Notes: generated by a model from the sequence alone, not told the origin. A DNA stretch of 63,699 nt, filler included, from Bigelowiella natans CCMP2755 (GCA_000320545.1; 6 parts of 6 records of this genome joined end to end with filler, not necessarily neighbours in it), one strand, 5' to 3'. Shown: positions 11,523-23,854, counted from the first letter of the whole stretch. Numbers and translations are program-made.

Positions 11523-13265
11523 ATGATGCGATCTCATCGCACTTTAAGTGCTAGCACCACAGTGGGTCTGCTAGTTGCAGTCTCTGTTGCTTTGTGCTTA
11601 GTCACCGTTATGAAATCCCAAGGGCAACAAGATCTCTCAACCCGAGTAATGACCTCCATGGCCTCAAAGACGAGGATCTCGAATCACAATAATAATAGAA
11701 TTAACACGAAAACTTCAACCTTTTCCTCCTTGTTGTCACCAATCCGTAATGGTGCTAGAAAACATTGCAATGCAGTAATTAATGCTATGCCTGCCCTTGA
11801 GTTGGAATCTCAACACCCTGATCCGTCACCTGGATTGGGAGGTAGGCATCAGCAGACCAAGGTTATTGCTACAGTCGGGAAGGCTTCGAAATCCAGGGAA
11901 ATGATCAATGAACTATGGCAGCGCGGAGCGGATTTGTTCAGAATTCCAATGTGTTATAGCTCGTACGATGATTTACGCCAGGCTTCGGAGCACATCCGCG
12001 CTACCGAGGCAGAACACGATACCACAATTGGCATTCTGATGGACTTACAAGGGCCGAAACTTAGGATAGGGCAGTTTGAGGAAGGATCTATCAACCTCGA
12101 AGACGGCGACGTATTTACTCTTGATCTTAATGAGCAGCCAGGTGACAAGAGCAGAGTAAACTTTCCCTATGCCAAGGTTTTTCCCATGATTGCCCCTGGT
12201 ACTATTCTACCCTTGGGCGGAGGAAGAGTTACTGCCAAAGTTATCTCTAGTAGCTTAGATTCGACATCGCTGCAAGTAATAAGGGGGGGTACTCTGAATG
12301 CGAACGATCGAGTAAATGTGCCAAGGGTTTCTTTACCTTACCGCGCTTTGACGGAGCAAGATGTGAAGGATATCGAATTCGGGCTTGAAATGGGGGTAGA
12401 TTGGATCGCTCTAAGTTGTGTCAGGACGAAAGAGGATGTTATGGAAGCTAAGCGCCTTGTCGGAATGGAGGCATTTATAATGGCCAAAATTGAAACTGAG
12501 GTTGACCCCGATGAGCTGACTGAGATCATTCGCGCCGCTGATGCAGTTATGGTTGCAAGAGGCGATCTAGGTGTGGACACCAACGTGGAGTCCGTACCTC
12601 CTATGCAAAAGGACATCATCGCAAAGTGCAAGAAGATGGGAACCCCGGTCGTTGTTTCGACACAAATGCTTGACTCGATGATCAATACCCCAACACCAAC
12701 CCGTGCGGAAGCTAGTGACGTTGCCAACGCAATCTACGACGGAGCTGATGCATTGATGCTATCCGCTGAGACATCATCTGGAGCATATCCCCTTGAGGCA
12801 TTGGATGTTATGGAAGATATCATCAAGGCTGTTGAAACCAGTCCTGAATACCGCACTATGATGGAGTCAGATCTGAAGCGCCCCGAACCGAATGAGGGCT
12901 ATGCGATCGTCACTGCTGCACGGCAAATAGCCAGAGACCTCAACGCCAAAGCCATTGTTTGCTTTTCCTCTTACGGGAGAATCCCACGACAAGTGTCTAG
13001 AGAAAGAACCACGCAACCTGTGTTGACAATGTCCGAAGATGTACGCACAGCTAGGATGCTCAACTTAGTGTGGGGGGTATACCCTATGCACGTACCTACC
13101 TTGAGCTACGAGAAGTTTTCCTTCGATGAAGTTCTGGAGAAAGCTAAGGAGACTGCTAAGGAGCATGGTTTAGCGACGGAAGGAGACCACATTGTGGTTG
13201 TTGCATCGAAACCTGGCGAGGAGGAAGTCGCAGGCTCCAACATTATGCAAATTGTGAAGTTATAA
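11523..13265 (+). CDS. Pyruvate kinase-like protein, intronless, with signal peptide plus S/T/R-rich transit peptide (plastid-targeted); several active-site residues altered
   Basis: Motifs TKVIATVG, DLQGPKLR, AKIE, MVARGDLG, TQMLDSM, PTRAEASDVANAIYDGADALMLSAET. The N-terminus has hydrophobic GLLVAVSVALCLVTV followed by a basic/hydroxylated stretch. Confidence 0.92.
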   Translation: MMRSHRTLSASTTVGLLVAVSVALCLVTVMKSQGQQDLSTRVMTSMASKTRISNHNNNRINTKTSTFSSLLSPIRNGARKHCNAVINAMPALELESQHPDPSPGLGGRHQQTKVIATVGKASKSREMINELWQRGADLFRIPMCYSSYDDLRQASEHIRATEAEHDTTIGILMDLQGPKLRIGQFEEGSINLEDGDVFTLDLNEQPGDKSRVNFPYAKVFPMIAPGTILPLGGGRVTAKVISSSLDSTSLQVIRGGTLNANDRVNVPRVSLPYRALTEQDVKDIEFGLEMGVDWIALSCVRTKEDVMEAKRLVGMEAFIMAKIETEVDPDELTEIIRAADAVMVARGDLGVDTNVESVPPMQKDIIAKCKKMGTPVVVSTQMLDSMINTPTPTRAEASDVANAIYDGADALMLSAETSSGAYPLEALDVMEDIIKAVETSPEYRTMMESDLKRPEPNEGYAIVTAARQIARDLNAKAIVCFSSYGRIPRQVSRERTTQPVLTMSEDVRTARMLNLVWGVYPMHVPTLSYEKFSFDEVLEKAKETAKEHGLATEGDHIVVVASKPGEEEVAGSNIMQIVKL

Positions 13266-13639
13266 AAGCGCAAGGATTTTGGGAGGAGTCAAAACGGAAG
13301 AAAATAGAAAGAAACGCCTGAGAAAAGTGTACTGATAGTAGTCTAACACGAGATCTTAACAAGAAAATTAAAGAGGAAGTAAGCAAGCATTATTGGGAAG
13401 CAGAAAATAGCTGCTCGATGTTCTTCCTCATTGACTCTCAAAGCTCAAATCTAAAATTAAGTCGAGGAACTATATAATCGTTTAAATGGACCCATCTATT
13501 GTGATGCGTGAAGTAATCAATTAAACAAATTATGTCTGCATATTGATCTTCGCATATAATCAGTGTGTGGCCAACCCAGGAAATAATGTGTTTGCATAGC
13601 TTATCTTCACTGTATCTGTGCACAGGCCAGCACACTGTC

Positions 13640-14400
13640 ATCGCGCTCCGTCAGCCGTGCTAGAAACAAACGAAACTGCGGTGCGGTAGCGCATGCCGCA
13701 TGCAAATGCATGCATGTTGCATTAAACAGCAACTATACAACCTGTATGTGTACGACATGGCTGCACCGGCCTGCTAGCCTGCGCTATCAATCGAATAGGG
13801 TACGCTAGCACGCATGTAGACACCTGCTAACTAGGCATAATGAGCGAAGTGTAATATCGTGTGCAGACACAATATACTAAAATGAGGTTATTGCTATGCA
13901 AAGCACATACATACAATAAGCCATGTAGCGCCCAGCGAATATATGACGACAGCGCTAATGTCGTGCGACTCGATCACAGTGCTATGTGCAAAGCCATTAG
14001 CTAGGTCATGCTCATCATGTCATCTACTAGTCCAGTCTAGATCGAGCGATCGTGCGTGTAGGCACATGATCGAAGATGACACAGCATTTTGGTGTTCACA
14101 CATGTCACTACTAGACTAAAGCACTGTCTAAAAGTGCACGAACGTATTGGTAATAATGGCCAGGTTGACGTTATAATCATTTAACATGCCATGCATCACA
14201 CGTAACTGCTCAAGTGACTCACATGCTATGCACACATCATGCACTAGTATAAGAAATGATGTCCCATGGGACCCACGGGATATTGGGGAAGCAGCAGCTG
14301 TAATCAAGATTGTGGCTTAGACATCGATGTCGTCAGACATGCGATTCGGTCCAATGCATTAACACATACTCAGGGATGGCATATCTAGATATGTCACTCA
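13640..14400. terminator. CTAG/GCATGC-rich spacer between convergent PK and USP genes
   Basis: About 10 CTAG in ~760 bp plus gcatgccgcatgcaaatgcatgcatg. Lies between the stops at 13265(+) and 14473(-). Confidence 0.4.
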
Positions 14401-14472
14401 CGAAATGATGGTGTAATGTAACTGTTTTATAGTTTCAGCTAATTCACAAAGCATACTGTAGATTGAAGATTT

Positions 14473-14628
14473 CTAGATGCTCACGACATATTTCCCAGGC
14501 TTATCGAATACAAACGTGCGCTTCGATCTCTCATCTGCTGTTCCACTGAACTTTGTGGTGTAGCCTCGAATCCTGAAGAGAAGGGCGCCAAGATAAGCAG
14601 ACACGTAATCGGTATTATCGACGGCAAC

Positions 14629-14662
<34 letters not shown>

Positions 14663-15326
14663 TTCATCAAGACGACAGCACACCGACATCGCCATCCACA
14701 AAATCACTGGGAACAATGGGCAGGATCTTCTTTTGATTAATATGTGACAAATACGTGGCTGATCGTAATGCTCATGATCCCTGCGGTGTGCATGTGCATG
14801 TGCATGTGCATGTGCATGTGTGTGTGCATGTGCATGTGTGTGTGCATGTGCATGTGTGTGTGTTGTGTTTTGTGTTTTGATTGCATATTACTGATATTTC
14901 TCAGGTAGATCTTGAGGATACTTGAAGGAGTTGGTGGCTTTCGCCCACTCTCCCACAGGCTCGAAGTCCATCGTTGGCCCGTCAGTGCCAGGCTCTTTCC
15001 AGTTCACCACCACTTCTGCACCCTTAGTAGGAGTAGTGTGATAGTAGTAGTAGCAATGGACAAAATTGACAATCACGATTAGACGGGAGCAACGATGCCA
15101 GGAAGGGGGGGGGGGGGGATCTTCTGTTGTTCAGGAGGGGCTATTCTAAGCAAACAAAATCACGGAATATGCTATTGGTACTACTGGCTCCTACCGGGCA
15201 GGCGGTGATGGAAAGGAAGCCCTTTTGCATCTCAAGGCTCTCCACAGTTACCCCTGCGCCCTCCAAGACGATGGTCGCCTTGAAGATGGAGAAGGAAGAT
15301 TAGAGTATGCCAGTGTATATCGTATC

Positions 15327-15372
<46 letters not shown>

Positions 15373-18300
15373 ATAATATACATACATCCATATTCTATCT
15401 ATAGCACAAGAATACGGCAGACAACAGCAAAAGCTGCCCAGAATGAATGAATCATCGATCGAATTTCTTCTCACATCGTTTCCGATCTTGACTTGCTCAG
15501 GCTTTGGGAATTTGGACTTCAGCTCAGCGAGGGTGCAAGCGAAGGAGGGCTGGAAGACAAGCTTCGCTCCGACCTTGGTTTTTATTCGGTTGAACTCAGC
15601 ATCCTTGCCCTCCACGTCTACGGACGCCCCCGCGAGGGACAAATAACGACGATTAATCTTGTAAGCGTCCGCCTCCCCGGAACATGCTGATTCAGGGAAT
15701 CCGGTCTTTTTCTGCAGGGAGGAGGAGAATAAGACGAATTGAAGGATTGAAACATGTGCGTCATGTCAAAAAATCAATCAATCAATCAATTAATCAATCA
15801 ATCAATCAAGCCATCGATCGATCAATCATGGTTGCTGCTACATACGTCTGCTAGCTACAATACGACCTGCTTTCCGAGTGCATCGACTGCGTTGTTCTTG
15901 ACAGCAGAAAAGCACACTTCTCTTTCGAGAGAGATGAAGCCAACCTAGAGAGGTGACAAGTAATCATTGACAGGCCCCTTTGCCAATCAAGACATCGCTT
16001 TGCTTTCGCAAGAAACGGTAGAAGGAGGAGGAGGAGGAGTAGGCTCGAATAGTCATGATGATGATGATGATGACGATGACGCTTCTGTACGTAGATATCA
16101 AGCGCATCACCTTAGCCTCAGAGGACAGCAACTTCGGGTAGTCTTGCATCATGCATTCAAGGCGAGTCGGTTTCTTGAATATGGTCTTCTCAGCGTCCTT
16201 GTACTTAGGATTTACAAACTCAGGAACCTATTGATTGATGATTCGTTGGTGGTGGGAGCAGGAGGAGGAGCAGGAGGGGGAAGAGGAGGGGGAAGAGGAG
16301 GGGGAGAAACAACTAAGCATGCTATTGCGGAGTCGCTCGCTGATTCCCCATCTCTCTCGCCATCGTTTCAGCATTGCTTCTTAAGTCGGAGTTTGGTCGC
16401 ATTATTTAAAGGCGAATATTAACTTCGATGACATGGTTGTGACTACTCTATTATTACCATCCCACCGCTCTTTTCCAGCGTTGCTGCGTACTCAGGGATA
16501 GAGAAAACAAGCACGTTCAAGTTACCAGGGTAAGGACTGAACCCGGTCTTTTCATCCGCCACGTCTCCTGATTATTGGTGAATGGCGATGGGAAGGATGA
16601 TGATAAGGATGATGGGAAGGTAGGAAGGAAAGGGAATTCTAATGATCATGAAGGCGGTGGTAATGACGACGATGATGACGACGACGAGAACGGTGATGAC
16701 GATATCACATCATCGCCTTCAGCAGGAGGATGCAGAAGAAATTAATCTACATTACCTGCGAATCCTGCTGCCTTCATGAGACCCTCAAGCTGGTTGTACT
16801 CAACGTTGCAAGTAAGGGACTTTTCCTTTCCAACAAGCTGGCAGATAGCCCCCACAGCCTCCCCGGGGCGGCGTGGAACCGTAATGGAGTTGACCTCGAG
16901 CTTCATGGTGGATGACACACCGAACGCAGCAGGAGCAGCATGGAAGACAAGCCCATTCGTGTCCTGGAAGAACATCAGGTACTTGAGTCCCTGAGCTGAC
17001 CATTTCTTAGCGAGTCCTGAAGAGTGGATAAGCATGTGCACGTCGCCATGTCCGTGTGGCTTCGTCTGCAGCGCGAAGTCCTTGGCCACAAGCGATGCCT
17101 TGTTATCGTTCAGAGTGGGAACCTAAAAAGGGGGGGGGGGCGGGAGGGGAGGGGAGGGGGATGGGCGATTGATCAAGGTCAGTACGACGATGCAAGAAAG
17201 GGATTTCATCATCTCTTCAGTACCTTCTCCTGTTTGATAATCGAGATTTGCCCTGGAGCCATTCCGAAGTTGTTGTTAGCCTGCAAAGAGGGAAGACAGT
17301 GTACCATCTCAAATTCTGATCTTGCTATGATCGAGAAAACTATGCGAGAGAATAAAAGTAGCGAGATTGTGCAAGAAAGGAGGAGAGGGAGGAGGAGGAG
17401 AAGGGGAGCGACGAAGAAAAGGGATAAGGTAAAAAGAGGATGTTCTGGACGAATGCGTCATTCCCTGTTTCGTCTCTGACCTTCAGAAGAGCTCTAGTCT
17501 TAGCATCGGTATCACCGCTGGTCATGATGGCTAGCGGAAGCACACACTTCTCGTCGCCTGTTGGGGTGGTGTATGATGGGAGAGATTACGAATAGGCTCA
17601 CAAGCTGGGAGCTCAATCTTATGATCTATAGCAAAAAGTTACTCCTCCCCGTCCTCCTCCTACTACTACTATTACTACCATTCGCACGGGCCCGTTCTTG
17701 TAAGGCAAGAATATGCTTGCAGTAAAGCCCAAGATAGCACGTCTCGGTGACAGTTTCGTAGGGGAGTTCAACTTTAATACCTCCGTAACCAAGTCTCTCA
17801 CCAAGCCCCCCAGCAACAATGCAGTAAGCTGTTTTCCCAATCACCTTTGAAATGCAAATTAGAGACCATCAATTCAAACTCCCTCGTTTGCATCATGAAA
17901 GACTGGGCCTTTGAGGCTGCTATACCAATCTTCGTATTAACATCTTATCACCTTCATTCCTTCCTTCTCCATCTCGATGAATTTCTTATCTCCGAGGCTC
18001 AGAGACATCCCAGAGGGCTGTTGTGGCTTGAAACTAAGGGATTTGGAGAAGATCAGCACATTTTATCACACAGTGACTGAATTCTCATATTACCCTTCAA
18101 AGGTATTTGCTCCTTCTTTGGAGAGCTTGAGGAGTTTACGCGCATTCGCGATGTATGCAGAAAGGCCTCCAGGATACTGGCCGTCCAGCTTCACGAGTTG
18201 TTGAGCGAATTTCTGATAAAGTAGTTTTGACTTTCATGCGTGAACTGGGTAAGGCACCAAATCTCTATGATGATACCTTTTTTTTAGCATCCATATCGCC

Positions 18301-18486
18301 TTTCATTGTGTCCCATCCGTCGAAGAGGTGTGATTGGCCATCAGCTTTCAGCTGTTCGATGAGTTTGGTTTCACTGGCGCTCAGCGTCTCGGAATGAAGG
18401 TATTCATAAAGCTTGAAGGCTGCTGCAATCGAGATGCCGAGGGCAGCACCTCCAAGAGCATATTTCTTCAAGTTAATCTGAGACAT
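14473..18486 (-). CDS. USP: UDP-sugar pyrophosphorylase, multi-exon
   Basis: Exons encode [126 protein letters not shown]. These are USP-family signatures. ATG at 18486, stop 14473-14475. Confidence 0.93.
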
Positions 18487-18954
18487 TCTGTCGGGTAGAG
18501 ATGAAATATTTCACAGATATTCCGAATGCCACGTCGTTTGGTGCACAATACGATCCTCTCTCTCAGCTCTTTCTTTCTTCCCCTCTCTATTCCTCTCTAA
18601 TTTTCTCTCCTTCTTCCCGCTATTAAATTGATTAAAAACAATCCTTTGCGCTTCCGTCGAACCGGAAGTAGCACAATCGGAATGCGCGTGCATGAGGGAG
18701 GGAGGCCACGTACCCGGTGGGATGGAGCGCGGGTTTAAGAAACAAGATTTTTCCTAAACGAATGAGCACGCTGTAAGGAAAATTACATGTTTACGACAAC
18801 TAATTACAACTAATTCGACCACTTTACCCCCACAAATGCTTTAGGCATTGTCACACAAATGTCCAAACTGTCTTGGAAACTCCTTAGATACACCGACGTG
18901 GCACTAGCGACAAATTATTATTACTTTCTTGGAAGTATCTAGACTGTTGTTGGA

Positions 18955-20520
18955 TGAAAATGAAGTCAGATTGCATGACGCATTTCACGAATGGAGGCTC
19001 TTCTCAGCAGACACACGCAGTGCCAGGAAATCTTGAAATCCCTGATTTTAGGGTTCTCTGTGGAACGTGACTGAATGCCATCGGGTGCTCATGGCTGGCA
19101 GATGCGAAAAAAACCTCAGTCTTGTTGATCGAAGAGGACGTGCAATGAAAATGTGTGTGCTGTTACTGTGTCCATGATTGCATGGAAGAGTCAGTGTATC
19201 CAATGATCCGTCCAGCTGCAACATTGAAATTGCTCCATTCATTCCACAATTTGTTCACACACAACCCTGCTAGCCTGCTAGCCTGTCTGGCTGTCACATG
19301 CTGGCATGACGTGTCACGCTTTGCGCCCCCGCCACGTTGCCGCCGGCCATTTGCGCTGCCTCACAAGCGCAGCCAAAGTGCCAATTTTTCAAACCCAATC
19401 AGTTCTCACCAAAACTAGTTCGAGGCACTGCGTTTCGCACTTTGCAAGCTAGCAAGTGTCGCTTTTCACACTTTGCTAGTTTCCAGGTTTGGAAACGTGG
19501 TTCTTCATGACGTTTGTTTGTTTGCTTTCCAGGGGCTTGACCGAGCGAAACGATCAAGTCGCAAAGTCGTTTTCCTTTGTTGCCAGCTAGCCAGGGAAGT
19601 GGACAAGTTGGAACTTCCGATGATCCTTTCAACTGCGTCATTGGAATTGATTCATTCATTCGTTCTCAAACCAGAAAACTGTGACAAAACGGCCGCAACG
19701 TGCCAGCAATGACTAGAGTGGCGATGGAAACACTGCGATGTGCACTCGTTCGTTCATTTGCAGCGCTCGTCCGTTCGATGGATTCGTGATTCGAATGCCA
19801 TGGCAACAAAGTGCCCGTGCGCAGGAATGTCTTTTTTCTTGAACGAATGAATGATTTTTTGGGTTCCATCTGGCAAATGCTGTCCTCCTCCGGTCATCTT
19901 GTTCCAGTCTAGCAGTGCCTTTCCCAGTTTCCCCAGCTCCTCTGGACTGGTGGACTCAGTACCAACGTCGCTCGCCGTGCGCGCGCCACGACACAGCTCT
20001 GGAGCTAGCAGACAGTGCCAGAGTGACGCACATTGATGCAATCCGTTCCAGCGTTGCGCACAGCCAGCACACTGCGCAACAATGTGACATGCACACTGGC
20101 ATTCGCAGCAGTGCTGAGTGTTGCTATATGTTGCATTGTTGAGCGCAGCTGCAATGTGCTGGAGGAATATGACGTGCGCCAGCGCGGCGTGCATTTGGTG
20201 TGTGTGCACGCATTTCACAACATCATCTAGATCATCTGAAGGAAGACCATTCATCGTCGCCACACAATTGTGAAAACTAAGCGCCATTCTCTGACTCGGT
20301 TTTTCTGGGTAATGCTCACTTCAATCCGACGAGTCGTGGCAAATCACAAGCATGATCTAGTGATGCATTCACTGACTGCCGAGATTTTCCCTGAGGTCGC
20401 TGATCTTTGCACTTTGCACGAAACACAGCACTTGTTCGAGTGTTTGGCTGAAAACGACCTCAACTGCACAACCGGTTCTCCTTCATGTCGAGAATGGAAC
20501 AACTGTTGTCATCGTCGCCA
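18955..20520. other. TpA-depleted, TG/CA-rich block in which CTAG is spared (probable mutated relic or repeat)
   Basis: 18961-20520 has about 20 TA, 11 of them in CTAG. 19201-19920 has 8 TA, all in CTAG. ORF 19754-20287(-) has 1 Tyr against 13 Cys and 15 His. Confidence 0.8.
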
Positions 20521-22464
20521 CAAGTAGCAGGATGGGAAACAAGATGAACGGGAGCATTCCAAAAGGCCTAGCGAATAGAACAAAATCAAACACAGGTAAC
20601 CCAAAAACTCAGCTGCTTGTATCGTTATCATTCCCAGCCTTCTCAACGTCACCTGACTGCCAGTCTCCCTTTATAGTCGATCTAATCATAGTACACGAAA
20701 TGCCACAACTTTCAAAATATCATCAGCAATGTTCTGAGTATGTGCACGTTGTCCGTGGTCTGTTCATCAAAACAAATAACTAAGCTTGTATTCTATTACC
20801 TCCATTAAATAGAAGTGACCAATTCCTAGGGTAGCTACCTGTAAACCAAAACAAGATCAAAACACGATATCATGATAAATGTTAAAAATAGATGCTCACA
20901 TTTTGCGACATTTCCATCTTGTAACTATTTATAATCAGGGTCATTACTAAAACCACGAACACATAGTTACCAGCATCCCGCTGCCGAAAAAACTCAGAGG
21001 TAATTTGAAGTATCTATAGAATCTGGGAAGAAATTGAAGGAGGGGAGGGAGGGGGTGAATGCAGTAAGAAGTTGTAAGTGAGTTGTGATTATGCTTAGTA
21101 GTAGGTAACCACCCATCTTTCCCCTCCAAGATCCAAAAGATGGTTATCATTTGAGCAAGGCTTCCAAGTATGATAGAGACTTTCTTTGCAGCCACAACTT
21201 TTGATTTCGCTTTCTTAAACATTTCAGAGAACATCTTGGGGAAAGTGGATATACGGGGAATGTGCGAAGTCCCATAGAATCTCACCTAATGTCAATTAGC
21301 GAGACTACGTTTCACCAACATGCAAATGCCCAAAATTTGTGTGCATGTAATTGTTATTTATATTATTCCATGGAAAGTGTACTCAACTACCAAGGAGTAC
21401 AACGAGTGAATCCACAAGAAGGCTACGGCCTAATCCATGATGTGAACCCGACAGTGAAAAAGTTGTTAATACGAATACAAATAGAATTCTTGGTGAAGAA
21501 GATCCAAGTGCACTCAGACAGTACACATCGGTCATTGATGGTAATGTATCAATACTAAACAATCGACAATACACCCTGGACAAAAAGTGCTAGCAATCAT
21601 AGTTTCAGAACCTGGACAAGGAATCGAAGGCCTGTTTGTTGCTTCCAACATGCAAGAGCGAGCATGCCTGAGAAATGAAATACAATTAGCTTTTTGTATC
21701 GTCTGCCTCTTTCACGTCCTACGCTCTCTGACCAAGAATAAACATGGACACTCCCACAAGAGAAAAAACCTGTAAAAATATTTTATGAGTCTCGGTGTTG
21801 AAAGTCATTTTCTGAGAACCTTGTTTAGCTCCACAAGGGTGTGATCCATTGATACACGACAAAGAAAGACATCACCCAACAAGGCCAAATCTATAGTTTT
21901 TTTCTGCAGTAAAGATAAGAGTGACTCATTGCGTTGAAAATACAATCACCAATCACTGTTCAACCTGCTTGCTGTAGGAAGTATAAAATATTGAGTTCAG
22001 GGCCAGCAGAATCAGCGATTCCAAAAAATATTTTATAACCCCTAACTGAAACACTTCATCATCAACTGGTGACTGGTGCGAATATTTAGATGCAGTTGAT
22101 GAGCAAAGTGGGGACCATTCTCTATGAGCACCGGAACATGGTCCTGCTGGGAGACAATCTAAAACCCCATTATCATTCTGGCGTCAAAGCCTAATTGTTG
22201 TCGCAGTTCCAAATTGCATCAGGGGAAAATATCTGAGTTTTTTAGGACACATCCCGAATGGAGGGAAGGTGTTGCTCCTCTTCTCCTCCCGCGCCGATAT
22301 TTTAATTATCTATTGGTAGTGCCCAATAGATCCTAAATCAGGCTACGACATAAAAGTCGGAATAAATTAAGGAAAAATATAATCAATTTTGATCAAATGG
22401 AAAATTAAGAGAGTGGTCTCCATCACACCCAGAAAGCGCGTCCTCCCCATCTCACTCAGTCAAC

Positions 22465-23677
22465 ATGCAAGGAGGTTTCTCAAGCCCAAATCAATACTCT
22501 TCGCCGAGCGCTCAGTCACCAAGCGTTCAAGCAAAGGTATTTGCGAATTTATTCTATTATTCATATCCTTTCTTCATCTTTTGTGTTCATCAATGTGCAG
22601 AGGAATCAGTCATTGACTCCTGTGTCCATCAAGCAATTGCACGAAGCAAAGCAGCCTGATCAAATGACCTTCACTGTTGACGATAAGCAAGTCTCACAGG
22701 TTTGAATTCATCATTCTGATGAAACTTTTCCCTCATGACAATGTTGCTGGATGTAGGTGAAGCTGGTCGGAATGATTCTCAGTGTAGATGTTCAGGCAGC
22801 GAACACAAACTATACTATCGACGATGGATCCGCGCAGATTGAAGTGCGAATTTACACTAACGATGACAACCAGTTGGATCTAAACAGCGGGTGCAGGGAA
22901 GACGTCTATGTCAAAGTGGTGGGAAACCTTCGTGACATCGGTGGTAATCGCATGGTCGTCGCTTTCCAAGTCCACCCAATCAAATCTTTCAACGATATTA
23001 CTCTCCACCACCTGGACGTAATCCACACGCATTTGAAGAACGTCAAGGGCCCACTCGATGTACGGATCAACTAACTGCAATCAAAACATTTCTCACCTAA
23101 ACTCTTTTTGCAGGCCAAAGGAAACCTCGTAGTAAACAGCGCTCCGATGATGCAAACAAACCAGAACTATGATGCAGTAGAAGGAGGAAGTAACGAGGAC
23201 GGTATGGAAGCGTATCAAGCAGCGGTGAGACCATAACGATCATCACAAAGCAACATTAATTTGACATGTTTTCTGATGATATTTTCTGTCGAGAAGGTGC
23301 GAAGAGTCGCACACTCTTAATTTTGGAAGGATGGAAACTTATATACTGAATTTTGAAAACCCTTTTTTCTTGTGAAGTCTTAGAGTTGTAAGTAATCTAA
23401 TCAAGATGAAGCCAACGTCTCGAAATAATTTGTTTTAGGTATTGAAAGTCTTCGCTATTCACAGCAAGAACAAGGAGCGGGGAACATCAATCAGTGAAGC
23501 GATGGAAAAACTTCCTAACTACACTCCTGCTCAGATAAGGTAGAATTACTTTGCTTTGCTGTCGATTCATAGCTGAGGATCGTGTTTTGTAGGGAAGCGG
23601 TGGAGTTCCTCAGTGGAGAAGGACATCTGTACTCAACTATCGACGAAGATCACTACAAATGCACTTCTGAAGAATGA
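22465..23677 (+). CDS. RPA2: Replication protein A 32 kDa subunit, six exons
   Basis: MQGGF start, [12 protein letters not shown] fold [34 protein letters not shown], winged-helix end [24 protein letters not shown] (stop 23675-23677). Confidence 0.95.
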
Positions 23678-23816
23678 GCATGAGCATGTACTCGCCATGG
23701 CACCATTTGCCATCTGCATTTTTGTCCCTCCCAGCATCTAAATTCAACAAAACGTAACACTGCACAGTTCATATTTCTAAAACAATGGAGCATCAATTTG
23801 CCGTCGTGTAACATGT

Positions 23817-23854
<38 letters not shown>

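Noticed and set aside
19046-19054. TTTTAGGG telomere-like word (also TTAGGG near 34227)
   Set aside because: Single isolated copies are expected by chance.
19754-20287. 177-aa Cys/His-rich ORF as a metal-binding protein
   Set aside because: TA depletion removes TAA/TAG stops and converts Tyr to Cys/His, so long C/H-rich ORFs arise in several frames. It has no zinc-finger spacing.
21050-22300. Faint resemblance of minus-strand fragments (GAGGEE, YIHFP, NHLLDL) to an ALG11-type glycosyltransferase
   Set aside because: The fragments are short, in different frames and interrupted by stops; not supportable without an alignment.
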